From assembly GCA_039930945.1 (NCBI GenBank), contig JBDTSW010000001.1, positions 1 to 59,287 of the forward strand: a stretch of DNA of 59,287 bases. The letters run 5' to 3'. This stretch comes from a bacterium (GTDB lineage: Bacteria > Actinomycetota > Thermoleophilia > Solirubrobacterales > 70-9). Position numbers and translations under genes: made by a program. This document shows, in pieces, positions 25,544 to 35,563 of this stretch. The notes beneath the pieces are model-generated. The model was not told where the DNA came from and searched no databases. It worked only from the letters and a program-made list of their open reading frames with translations. Each line of letters begins with the position of its first letter. The stretch's first letter is position 1.

Positions 25544-26782
25544 TCATCCGGGCTGGACGTCGTCGGAGGGGGCGAGGACGGCGGCCTCGTAGCCCGCGTC
25601 GGCCAGCTCGGCCAGCAGCGCCTCGCGGTGGCCGGCACCGCGGACCTCGAGCAGCATCTCGATCCTCGTCTCGTGGAAGCCTCGGGTGCCGATGTCGCGG
25701 ATGTGCTGGACGTCGATCACGTTGCCGCCCGCGGCGGCGATCGTTGACAGCAGCGCCGCCAGCCCACCCGGGCGGTCAGGCACGCGGGTGGCGATCTGGA
25801 CGCTGCGGTCGGCAACCGCCTCGTGCAGGCGGGCGATCGCCGACAGGCGGCTGAGGTCCACGTTGCCGCCCGAGAGCACGGCCACGGTCTCCCCCGTCTC
25901 GGCCGGTGCGATTGCACCGCTGCGAAGCGCTGCCACCGAGACCGCGCCCGCGCCCTCGACCACCAGCTTCGAGCGCTGCAGCAGCTCGACCATGGCCTCG
26001 GCGATCGCGTCCTCGGAGACGGTGCAGACCTCGTCGACATGGCGCTCGCGCAGCGGCGCCGTCAGCGCCCCGGGGCGCTTGATCGCGATCCCGTCCGCGA
26101 GCGCGAACCTGATCTCCTCGATCGAGGCCTCCTCGCCCGCAACCGGGGCGCAGACCTCGGCCTGGACGCCGGCGATCTGGATCTCGGGGCGCAGCTGCTT
26201 GAGCGCGGCAGCCACGCCTCCGGCCAGCCCGCCGCCGCCGATCGGCAGGACCACCTTCGCAAGCTCGGGGACCTGCTCTGAAAGCTCCAGCCCCAGTGTC
26301 GCCTGGCCGAGGATCACGAGGGGATCGTCGAAGGGATGAACGATGGTCGCGCCGTGGTCGGCCGCGTAGGCGCGAGCCTGCTCCATGCACTGCTCGATCC
26401 CCTCGCCGCCGAACTCCAGGCTGGCGCCGTTGGCCTCGATCGCCTGCGCCTTGGAGATCGAGGCGGTCGTCGGGATGAAGACCCGGCACCGAACACCCTG
26501 CGCCGCCGCCGCGTAGGCGAGGGCGTGGCCGTGGTTGCCGGCACTGGCGGCGACGACGCCGGCCTCCGGCCGCTCCAGCCCTTCGGCCAGCTTCACCGAG
26601 ACGCCCCGCAGCTTGAACGAGCCCGTTCGCTGCAGGCTCTCGGCCTTGAGGCTGACCGAGCCGCCCACGGCCTCGCCCAGCCAGGCGGCCTCGAACACCG
26701 GCGTTCGCCAGGCGAGCGCAGAGACCTCGCCCGCGGCCTTGAGGATCGCGTCCGGGCGCAGCTCGAGCGGGGCGGTGGACAT
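25544..26782 (-). CDS. ilvA: threonine ammonia-lyase (threonine dehydratase) with a C-terminal ACT-like domain
   Basis: PLP lysine motif TGSFKLRG, ASAGNHG, PIGGGGL. The ATG at 26782 (MSTAPLEL) lies 2 nt after the ridA stop. The track extension to 27007 is off-frame over ridA. Confidence 0.9.
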   Translation of the reverse strand: MSTAPLELRPDAILKAAGEVSALAWRTPVFEAAWLGEAVGGSVSLKAESLQRTGSFKLRGVSVKLAEGLERPEAGVVAASAGNHGHALAYAAAAQGVRCRVFIPTTASISKAQAIEANGASLEFGGEGIEQCMEQARAYAADHGATIVHPFDDPLVILGQATLGLELSEQVPELAKVVLPIGGGGLAGGVAAALKQLRPEIQIAGVQAEVCAPVAGEEASIEEIRFALADGIAIKRPGALTAPLRERHVDEVCTVSEDAIAEAMVELLQRSKLVVEGAGAVSVAALRSGAIAPAETGETVAVLSGGNVDLSRLSAIARLHEAVADRSVQIATRVPDRPGGLAALLSTIAAAGGNVIDVQHIRDIGTRGFHETRIEMLLEVRGAGHREALLAELADAGYEAAVLAPSDDVQPG

Positions 26783-26784
26783 CG

Positions 26785-27168
26785 CTAGGAGGTGGCGATG
26801 ATCGCGTCCACCTCGACCAGCACGCCCTTGGGCAGCGCGGAGACGCCAACGGCCGCCCGCGCTGGAGGCTCGGCGTCGAACCAGCCGGCGTAGGCCTCGT
26901 TGATCGCGGCGAAGTCGTCGAGGCGGGTGGTGTAGATCGTCAGGCGAAGCGCCCGGGCCAGCGTCGTGCCCGCCGTCTCGGCCACCGCGCTCAGGTTCTT
27001 CAGGCACTGGTCGAGCTGCTCGGCGGGCGTCGAGCCGACCGTGTTTCCGTCAAGGTCGAGCGGAATCGCGCCCGAGCAGTAGAGGGTCCCGTCGCGGCGG
27101 ATCGCCTGGCTGTAAGGGCCGATCGCGGCGGGGGCGGCGTCCGTGGAGATGGGAGTTCGTTCGCTCAC
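26785..27168 (-). CDS. ridA: RidA (YjgF/TdcF) reactive enamine/imine deaminase
   Basis: APAAIGPYSQAI...LYCSGAIPLD...PARAAVGVSALPKGVLVEVDAI is the canonical RidA pattern. Confidence 0.9.
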   Translation of the reverse strand: MSERTPISTDAAPAAIGPYSQAIRRDGTLYCSGAIPLDLDGNTVGSTPAEQLDQCLKNLSAVAETAGTTLARALRLTIYTTRLDDFAAINEAYAGWFDAEPPARAAVGVSALPKGVLVEVDAIIATS

Positions 27169-27209
27169 GGGTCGAACGTTAGACCTCGCGCCCTACCATC
27201 GTCGGCCCC

Positions 27210-29039
27210 ATGGCCACCCGCTCGGACATCCGCAATATCGCCATCATCGCCCATGTTGACCACGGCAAGACGACGCTGGTCGACGCGATGCTGTGGCAGT
27301 CCGGGGCTTTTCGCAAGGGCCAGGACGTCGCCGAGCGCGTGATGGACTCGATGGACCTCGAGCGCGAGAAGGGGATCACGATCCTCGCCAAGAACACCGC
27401 GGTCCATCACGGCCAGGTCAAGCTGAACATCGTCGACACGCCCGGCCACGCGGACTTCGGCGGCGAGGTCGAACGCGGGTTGACGATGGTGGACGGGGTG
27501 CTGTTGTTGGTCGACGCCTCCGAGGGGCCGCTGCCACAGACCCGCTTCGTCTTGCGCAAGGCGCTCGAGGCCGAGTTGCCGGTGATCGTGGTGATCAACA
27601 AGGTGGACCGTCCCGACGCCCGCATCGCCGAGGTCGTCGACGAGGTCTACCAACTCTTCCTCGACCTCGACGCCACCGACGAGCAGGTCGAGTTTCCGCT
27701 CGTCTATACCAACGCCAGGACGGGCTGGGCGTCGCTGCAGGAAGGGGTCGATGGATCCGACCTCTCTCCCCTGCTGGACCTGATGGTGGGGCGGATCCCG
27801 GCGCCGGAGTACGAGCCCGACCACCCCCTGCAGGCGCACGTGACCAACCTCGACGCCTCCCCCTACGTCGGGCGGCTGGCGCTCTGCCGGGTTCGCAACG
27901 GGACGATTCGAGCCGGGGCCCCGATCGCCTGGTGTCGCACCGACGGGACGGTCGAGCGCGCGACCGTTTCCGAGCTGTACGTGACCGAGGCCCTCGACAG
28001 GGTCGAGGCCACCGAGGCCGGGCCGGGCGAGATCATCGCCGTCGCCGGCATGCCGGAGGTGACGATCGGGGAAACCCTCGCCGACCCCGAGGACCCGCGT
28101 CCGCTGCCGGTGATCACCGTCGACGAGCCCTCACTCTCGGTCGTCGTCGGCATCAACACCTCGCCCCTCGCCGGCCGCGAAGGCTCCAAGCTGACCGCCC
28201 GGCAGGTCCGCGACCGCCTCGACCAGGAGCTTGTCGGCAACGTCTCGATCAGGGTCCAGGACACCGAGCGTCCCGACGCCTGGGAGGTGCACGGACGCGG
28301 CGAGCTGCAGCTGGTGGTGCTGCTGGAGATGATGCGCCGCGAGGGGTTCGAGCTGACCGCGGGCCAGCCGACGGTCCTCACCCGGAAGATCGATGGCACC
28401 CTGCACGAGCCGGTCGAGCGGCTGGCGATCGACGCCCCGGAGGACTACGTCGGAGTGATCACCCAGCTGCTGGCGTTGCGCAAGGGCCGGATGGAGCAGA
28501 TGGTCAACCACTCCACCGGCTGGGTGCGCCTCGAGTACCTGGTGCCGGCCCGCGGGTTGATCGGGTTTCGAACCGAGTTCCTCACCGAGACGCGCGGCAC
28601 CGGCATCCTCCATCACGTCTTCGAGGGGTGGGAGCCCTGGGCGGGCGAGCTGCGAACCCGACCGACCGGCGCCCTGGTCTCCGACCGAGGCGGCGAGAGC
28701 GCCAGCTTCGCCCTGTTCGGCCTGCAGGAGCGCGGGACGATGTTCATCGAGCCGGGAGAGCAAGTCTACGAGGGGATGATCGTCGGCGAGAACTCGCGCT
28801 CGGAGGACCTCGACGTGAACCCGGTGAAGCAGAAGCACCAGACCAACGTCCGCGCCGCCAGCGCCGACCTCCTCGTTCGCCTCGTGCCCGCGCGCAACCT
28901 CTCGCTCGACCAGGCGCTCGAGTTCCTGCGCGCGGACGAGGCGGTCGAGATCACGCCCTCCTGCGTTCGCCTGCGCAAGGTCGATCTCGGCAAGACCGAG
29001 CGCCGCAAGGCCGCCCGCCGGGACCGCGCGCCGACCTAG
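27210..29039 (+). CDS. typA: translational GTPase TypA/BipA
   Basis: [33 protein letters not shown] and NKVDR G-motifs across a 609-aa BipA architecture. Confidence 0.95.
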   Translation: MATRSDIRNIAIIAHVDHGKTTLVDAMLWQSGAFRKGQDVAERVMDSMDLEREKGITILAKNTAVHHGQVKLNIVDTPGHADFGGEVERGLTMVDGVLLLVDASEGPLPQTRFVLRKALEAELPVIVVINKVDRPDARIAEVVDEVYQLFLDLDATDEQVEFPLVYTNARTGWASLQEGVDGSDLSPLLDLMVGRIPAPEYEPDHPLQAHVTNLDASPYVGRLALCRVRNGTIRAGAPIAWCRTDGTVERATVSELYVTEALDRVEATEAGPGEIIAVAGMPEVTIGETLADPEDPRPLPVITVDEPSLSVVVGINTSPLAGREGSKLTARQVRDRLDQELVGNVSIRVQDTERPDAWEVHGRGELQLVVLLEMMRREGFELTAGQPTVLTRKIDGTLHEPVERLAIDAPEDYVGVITQLLALRKGRMEQMVNHSTGWVRLEYLVPARGLIGFRTEFLTETRGTGILHHVFEGWEPWAGELRTRPTGALVSDRGGESASFALFGLQERGTMFIEPGEQVYEGMIVGENSRSEDLDVNPVKQKHQTNVRAASADLLVRLVPARNLSLDQALEFLRADEAVEITPSCVRLRKVDLGKTERRKAARRDRAPT

Positions 29040-29059
29040 TGCCGACATACTGGTAGCCG

Positions 29060-29389
29060 ATGTCCTCTGCCCTGATCGAGTTCCCGGCCGACGACGCCGA
29101 GCGCGCGCGGCGATTCTGGCGCGGCGTGCTCGAGCTCGAGCTCGAGCCGCGTCCCGCGACCGAGGGAGCCGGATGGGAGGCCTCCGCCGAGGGGCTTCGC
29201 CTTGGGGTGCACGAGCGCGGGGCCGGGCCCGGCGACACCGCCTCCCTGCCTTACTTCGACGTCGTCGACATGTCGACGACGCTCGAGCGGGTCCGCGAGC
29301 TTGGAGGCTCGGTCATCCACCCCGGGGACCGGTGGTCCATCTGCCGCGACTCCGAGGGCAGCCCGTTCGCCCTGGCGGCGGCGCGATGA
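29060..29389 (+). CDS. VOC (glyoxalase/bleomycin resistance) family protein
   Basis: 109 aa. AERARRFWRGVL...YFDVVDM...GGSVIHP is a VOC-like beta-alpha-beta pattern. Confidence 0.6.
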   Translation: MSSALIEFPADDAERARRFWRGVLELELEPRPATEGAGWEASAEGLRLGVHERGAGPGDTASLPYFDVVDMSTTLERVRELGGSVIHPGDRWSICRDSEGSPFALAAAR

Positions 29390-29865
29390 ACGCCGCCAAC
29401 CTGGACGGCGAGGCGATCACCGCCGAGGGCCTCGAGGCCCTGCGCGCCGAGATCGCCGACCTCGAGGGCAGGGGGCGAACCGAGATGGCGGCGCGGATCA
29501 AGGCCGCCCGCGAGCTCGGCGACCTGAAGGAGAACGCCGAGTACCACATCGCCAAGGAGGACCAGGCCCACCTCGAGACGCGGATCAAGCGCCTGCGCAA
29601 CAAGCTGCGCACCGCCGCCGTGGTCGAGACCGATGCCGCCGCGGGGTCGTTCGCCTTTGGCCGCACCGCCGAGGTGCTCGACGAGGCGACCGATAAGGTC
29701 CACACCTGGACGCTGGTCGGCTCGACCGAGGCCGACCTCGCTGCGGGACGCATGTCCGCCGAATCCCCCGTCGGCCGGGCGCTGCGCGACACCGCCGTCG
29801 GCGAGAGCGTGAAGATCCACACGCCCCGGGGCTTCAAGACCTACACCGTGCGCAAGCTGGTTTGA
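29386..29865 (+). CDS. greA: transcription elongation factor GreA
   Basis: ITAEGLEALRAEIADLE...ARELGDLKENAEYHIAKEDQ...SPVGRALRD...Y.V is the canonical GreA pattern. The ATG at 29386 overlaps the preceding stop (ATGA). Confidence 0.9.
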   Translation: MNAANLDGEAITAEGLEALRAEIADLEGRGRTEMAARIKAARELGDLKENAEYHIAKEDQAHLETRIKRLRNKLRTAAVVETDAAAGSFAFGRTAEVLDEATDKVHTWTLVGSTEADLAAGRMSAESPVGRALRDTAVGESVKIHTPRGFKTYTVRKLV

Positions 29866-29881
29866 GAGAGGAACACCGACA

Positions 29882-30247
29882 ATGAACGACAGCCATCCAG
29901 GCCCTATCGCCGACGCCCGCGCCCGCGAGCTGCTGGCCCGCGAGCGGGCGCGGATCGAGAGCTCGTTGAAGCGGTTCGAGCGCGCGCATGAGCAGGAGCA
30001 CGAGGGGCTCGACCAGCACCCGGCCGACGACTCCGAGCGCCTGCATGAGGAGGAGCTGGACCTGGGCCTGGAGGACAAGCTCCGAGAGCAGCTGGAGGCG
30101 ATCGAGCGCGCCGAGGCCCGCCTCTCCGAGGGCACCTACGGCCTCTCGGTCGAAAGCGGCAAGCCGATCGCGGCCGGCCGCCTCGAGGCCGTCCCCTGGG
30201 CCGAGCGCACCGAGGCCGAGCAGGAGCGCTACGAGGGCGGTCGCTGA
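29882..30247 (+). CDS. DksA/TraR-family protein lacking all four zinc-finger cysteines
   Basis: Coiled-coil region followed by GTYGLSVESGKPIAAGRLEAVPWAERTEAE. This aligns to GTYGxCxxCGxxIxxxRLxAxPxAxxCxxC with Cys replaced by Ser, Ser, Thr and Glu. GAGAGGAA SD upstream. Confidence 0.65.
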   Translation: MNDSHPGPIADARARELLARERARIESSLKRFERAHEQEHEGLDQHPADDSERLHEEELDLGLEDKLREQLEAIERAEARLSEGTYGLSVESGKPIAAGRLEAVPWAERTEAEQERYEGGR

Positions 30248-30696
30248 GCGGCCGACCGGACCGCGGGCGACGCCAGCGCGGCCAGCGTCAGGCATACGGG
30301 CGAGTAGACCAGCCGATCCCGGCGCCTGAAGCGCTCGGAGGTCGAGCCCGGGGCGAGCACGTCGGTGCGCCCCGCCATCCCCAGCGCCCCGCGCGTGACA
30401 AGCACCGCCACCACGCCGCCGGCCCCGGCGCGGCTCAGGCCCGGCACACGCCGCGGGTAGCCCGCCACGAGCGCCGCGGCCGTGGTCAGCAGCCCGGCGA
30501 CCGCGAGGCAAGCGGCGGCCGACGGCGCCGGGCCGGCGGACTTGCCGGCGACTGCGTCGGCCAGTTCGTCAGCATCCGGCAGCGGCCAGCTCGAGCCGGT
30601 CGCCCAGATCACGTGCAACCCGGCGATCGCCAGCAGGCCCGCCGAGGCCGCCCGGGTCGAGAGGGCCGTGGTTACTTCACTCCCACGAGTTCTCAT
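30229..30696 (-). CDS. DUF3995-like small membrane protein
   Basis: LLAIAGLHVIWATGSSWPL plus further hydrophobic helices. The ATG at 30696 overlaps the dmpA-like stop (ATGA). The track extension to 31116 is off-frame. Confidence 0.55.
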   Translation of the reverse strand: MRTRGSEVTTALSTRAASAGLLAIAGLHVIWATGSSWPLPDADELADAVAGKSAGPAPSAAACLAVAGLLTTAAALVAGYPRRVPGLSRAGAGGVVAVLVTRGALGMAGRTDVLAPGSTSERFRRRDRLVYSPVCLTLAALASPAVRSAAQRPPS

Positions 30697-31667
30697 CCGC
30701 GCATACGAGCCGCGTGGGCCTGGGCGGCGCTGCGAATCGCCTCGATCGGGAACGCCTCCTGCATGGAGCCGTCGAGGCGCTCGGCGGGCCGGGCCGCGAC
30801 CAGGCAGTTGTAGACGGCCTCGTGAGCCGCCTCGAAGGCGGCCGCGAAGTGGGAGTCGAGATCCGAGTTCGCAACGGCGGGCACCTTCGCGGTCGAGAAG
30901 GCGATCCCGATCTCGCCCGAGCCCTCCTGCCCGTAGGAGCCGCTGCGGGCGAGCCCGAGCAGCGGTCGCAGCGCCAGCCGCCGCAGCTGGTGCGGCGCCA
31001 ACGGGGCGTCGGTCGCGCACACCGTTATGCAGGAGCCGTGCGGGGGCGGCCTGCCCGGCGCGGGATCGAGCGGGGGACCCGGCACGTCCAGGTAGCGACG
31101 GTCGCCGAAGTTGCACAGCAGCAGCACCCCGACGTGGTGGTCGCCGACCGAGCGCGATGCGGTGCCGATGCCACCCGGGTAGCCGTAGCAGCTCATCCCG
31201 GTGCCGGCCCCGACGTTGCCCTCGGCAACCTTCCCTCCGAGGTCCTCGCGGGCGGCTTCGACGTCGGCGACGGTGACGGTTCGCGAGTCGGCCATGTCGC
31301 CGTCATCGCACTCGCCGACGACGGGCAGCACGATGTTGTCGGGCCCGCGGCCGGAGGCGAGCACCGCCGCCTGGTGGACGAAGCCGACGGCGTGGGACCC
31401 GCAGAGATAGACCGGCGTCTCCATCAACCCCCGCTCATCGATCTCGATCTTGCCGGTCAGCTCGCCCATGCCGTTGACGACCGCGGTCCCTGCCGAGGCC
31501 GGAAGCGAGGGCGGCGCCACCACCGTGACCCCGGTGCGCTGGCCGCTCGCGGCCTGCGCCTGGCCGACGAGCACGCCTGGGACGTCGGTGATCGCGTTTT
31601 GTCGCCCGGGCTCGAGCTGCCCGACTGCGCCGGCGATCTGGCGCCAGCGCTCCGGCGGACTACCCAT
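30693..31667 (-). CDS. P1/S58 family peptidase (DmpA/BapA-type aminopeptidase)
   Basis: NAITDVPGVLVGQ N-terminus and the autoprocessing/nucleophile site HG-SCITVCATDAPL (Gly-Ser). Confidence 0.85.
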   Translation of the reverse strand: MGSPPERWRQIAGAVGQLEPGRQNAITDVPGVLVGQAQAASGQRTGVTVVAPPSLPASAGTAVVNGMGELTGKIEIDERGLMETPVYLCGSHAVGFVHQAAVLASGRGPDNIVLPVVGECDDGDMADSRTVTVADVEAAREDLGGKVAEGNVGAGTGMSCYGYPGGIGTASRSVGDHHVGVLLLCNFGDRRYLDVPGPPLDPAPGRPPPHGSCITVCATDAPLAPHQLRRLALRPLLGLARSGSYGQEGSGEIGIAFSTAKVPAVANSDLDSHFAAAFEAAHEAVYNCLVAARPAERLDGSMQEAFPIEAIRSAAQAHAARMRG

Positions 31668-32636
31668 CGGCGGGCATCTCGGCCTTGCCCAGCGCCGGAT
31701 CGTGCAGCAGGCAGGCCGCGAGCTGGTCGCGCGGGCCCGCGGGCAGCAGCTGGGGGTCGACCCGGTCGCAGGGATCGAAGCGCCGCGGACAGCGCGGGTG
31801 AAACCGGCACCCGGCCGGAACGTCGGTGGCGTCGGGAAGCTCGCCGCCGAGCGGCTCCCGCTTCCCTCTTCCGGCGGCCGACGGCACCGGCACCGCCTCC
31901 ACCAGGGCCTGGGTGTAGGGGTGGCGCGCCTGCTCGATCACGTCCACCGCCGACCCCTGCTCGACGATCCGCCCCAGGTACATGACCGCGATCCGGTCGC
32001 ACAGCGACCAGGCGAGGCTGAGGTCGTGAGTGATGAAGATCAGCGCCAGGTCGCGGCGTCGCTGCAGCTCTACCAGCACCGCGAGGATCTGCGTCCGCAC
32101 CGAGGCATCGAGCATCGAGACCGGCTCGTCACAGATCAGCCCTTCGGGCTCGAGCACGAGCGCGGCGGCGATCGCCACGCGCTGGCGCTGGCCTCCGGAG
32201 AGCTGATGGGGGTAGCGCTCGAGATACTGGTCGGGATCGAGGCCGACGTCCTCGAGCGCCTGCCGCACACGCCCGTCGTGCTGCTCGCGAGCCACGCCCT
32301 GAACCAGCAGCGGCTCGGTGACGATCGCGGCGACGCGCTGGCGAGGGTTGAGCGTCTGGTATGGGTCCTGGAAGATCATCTGCACGCGCCGGCGCAACTC
32401 CGCGAGGGCCTGTCTCCCCTCCGTGACCTCACCGTCGAGCGCCACCTCGCCCGCGACCACCGGCTGCAGCCCCAGCATTGCCCGGGCAAAGGTCGACTTG
32501 CCGCAACCGGACTCGCCGACCACGCCGAGGATCTCACCGCGCCGCCATTCGAGCGAGACGCCGTCGAGCGCACGCGTGGCCCCACCGCGGGCGCTGAACT
32601 CGACCGCGACGTCGCGGGCCTCCATCAGCGGCTCGG

Positions 32637-32640
<4 letters not shown>
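31660..32640 (-). CDS. peptide ABC transporter ATP-binding protein (DppF/OppF-like)
   Basis: Walker A GESGCGKST, signature LSGGQRQR, Walker B LICDEPVS, and the C-terminal oligopeptide-type Cys motif GCRFHPRCP. Confidence 0.9.
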
Positions 32641-33646
<1,006 letters not shown>

Positions 33647-33647
<1 letters not shown>

Positions 33648-34549
33648 CACCCCTGCTCCCGCAGCCGCGGGTTGATGTGCTCCTCGAACAGGTAGCCGAG
33701 CATCGCCACGGCGAGGACCAGGGTCGTGATGCAGAGGCCCGGCGGGATCACGTACCACCAGGCGCCGGCGCTCGGCGCCCCCGAGCTGAACGCGTTCTCG
33801 AGCATCGTTCCCCAGGAGATCCGGGTCGGGTCGCCGAGTCCGAGGAAGGCGAGCGCCGCCTCGGAGAGGATCGCGACCGCGACGATCAGCACGGTGTTGG
33901 CGAAGATCAGCGGCAGCGTATTGGGGAGGATGTGGGTGCGGATGATGTAGCTGTCCTTCGCCCCCAGCGCCCGCGCCCGCTCGACGAAGGCTCGCTCGCG
34001 CAGCGTGAACACCTGGGCGCGGACGATCCGGCCGGTGCCGGCCCATGAAGTCAGCCCGATGACGAGGATCAACACCGTCAGGGAGGGCTCGAGCAGGCGC
34101 GCCAGGACGATCATCAGCGGCAGGGTCGGGATCACCAGGAACCAGTTCTCGAGCGCATCGAGGGAGCGGTCCGTCCAGCCGCCGAAGTAGCCCCCGACGA
34201 GGCCGACCGTGGAGCCGAGCAGGGCCGAGATGAACGCCGCCGCGAAGCCGACGACGATCGAGACCCGGGCGCCGACCAGCAGCTGCGAGAAGACGTCGGC
34301 ACCCTGCTCGGTCGTGCCGAGCGGGTGCGCGAAGCTGGGCGGCGCAAGCACGTCGAGCGTCGAAGCGTCAGGGTTGTCGGGGGCGAGCAGGCTGCCGAAC
34401 AAGGCCAGGAACAGGAACATGCCGAGAATCCCGATCCCGAAGCGGCCGCGCCAGGTGTTCAGCAGCTTGTAGCGGACGCTGTGCTCGTCGTGGCCCTCGC
34501 CGGCGAGCGCGGCGGTCGCGACCTCGGCGCTGGCGCTGGTCACGCTCAT
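33647..34549 (-). CDS. peptide ABC transporter permease (DppC/OppC-like)
   Basis: Six-TM profile with the EAA-like loop ERARALGAKDSYIIRTHILPN. Confidence 0.9.
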
Positions 34550-35514
34550 CGGGCCTGCACCCGCGGATCGAGGAAGAAGTAGAGGATGTCTGCCGCCAGA
34601 TTGGCGAGGATCACGCCGGCGCTGAAGACCAGGAACGTGCCCTCCAGCACCGGGAAGTCCTTGTCGTTGATCGCGTTGAAGCTGAGCTCACCGAGGCCGG
34701 GCCAGCTGAAGACCGTCTCGATCGTGATCGCGCCGCCGACAATGGCGCCGAACTGGATCGCCGAGAGGGTGACCAGCGGCAGCAGCGCGTTGGGAACCGC
34801 GTGGCGGCGGATCACCCGCTCGTGCGAGAGGCCGATCGCCCGCTTCACCGTGATGAAGTCCTCGGTGAGAACGTCGACCATCGACGAGCGCATGATCAGG
34901 AAGTACTGGCCGAGCAGCATCAGCGTCATCGCGGTCACCGGCAGGATCATGTGCTCCGCGACGCTGAGCGCCTCCGAGATCCAGCTGCTGAACTCCACCC
35001 CCGGCGTCACCTGCTGTCCCGCCGGCAGGATCGCGATCGCGACGGCGAAGACGAGGATCAGGATGATCCCGATCCAGTACTCGGGCGCCGCGTAGGTGAG
35101 CAGGCTGAAGCCGAGCAGGCCATCGTCGGTCTTCTGCCCCCGGCGCGTCGCGGCGACCACCCCCATCCAGGAGCCGATCAGGGTCGCGAGCAGCGTTCCC
35201 GTCCCGACCAGCAGCAGGGTCCACGGAAGCGCGGCCTTGATCTCGCTCCAGACGGTCTCCCGGCTGCGCTGGCTGACCCCGAAGTCGAGCCGCACCGTGT
35301 CGCCGGCATAGTCGAGGAATTGTCCGGCGAGCGGCTTGTCGATCCCGTAGTCGGCGCGCAGCTTGGCGATCTCCTCCGGCGAGCTGTTGGGCAGACGGGC
35401 GAGCTGCGTGGTCGGGTCACCCATCACCCGGAAGAGGAAGAAGTTGAAGATGATCACGAAGATGAGCGTCAGCATCGCCGCGCCGGCCTTGCCTGCCAGC
35501 CACCTGCCGCTCAT
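34546..35514 (-). CDS. peptide ABC transporter permease (DppB/OppB-like)
   Basis: FVIIFNFFLFRVMGDP N-terminus and the EAA-like loop DFITVKRAIGLSHERVIRRHAVPNA. Confidence 0.9.
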   Translation of the reverse strand: MSGRWLAGKAGAAMLTLIFVIIFNFFLFRVMGDPTTQLARLPNSSPEEIAKLRADYGIDKPLAGQFLDYAGDTVRLDFGVSQRSRETVWSEIKAALPWTLLLVGTGTLLATLIGSWMGVVAATRRGQKTDDGLLGFSLLTYAAPEYWIGIILILVFAVAIAILPAGQQVTPGVEFSSWISEALSVAEHMILPVTAMTLMLLGQYFLIMRSSMVDVLTEDFITVKRAIGLSHERVIRRHAVPNALLPLVTLSAIQFGAIVGGAITIETVFSWPGLGELSFNAINDKDFPVLEGTFLVFSAGVILANLAADILYFFLDPRVQAR

Positions 35515-35563
35515 CTCCGTGTCACCTCCGCGCTCTCTGCGTCCTGATCCGGTCCTCTGCTCC

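Noticed and set aside
25544-27007. Long N-terminal extensions in track ORFs: ilvA to 27007, SBP to 17312, dppD to 34046, kce to 40219, hutU to 57160, HDAC from 40323, SDR to 20371, M20 to 47125
   Set aside because: The extensions overlap the neighbouring real gene in another frame and are Arg/Gly-rich. Internal starts give homologous N-termini and classical ATGA/GTGA/TGATG couplings.
27169-27209. Checked short divergent regions (27169-27209 ridA/typA, 20276-20313 SDR/copper protein, 12457-12561 ferritin/hydrolase) for riboswitch-like or metalloregulator boxes
   Set aside because: They are too short or lack recognisable dyads or conserved riboswitch cores. No IdeR/Fur-like box is seen upstream of the ferritin-like gene.
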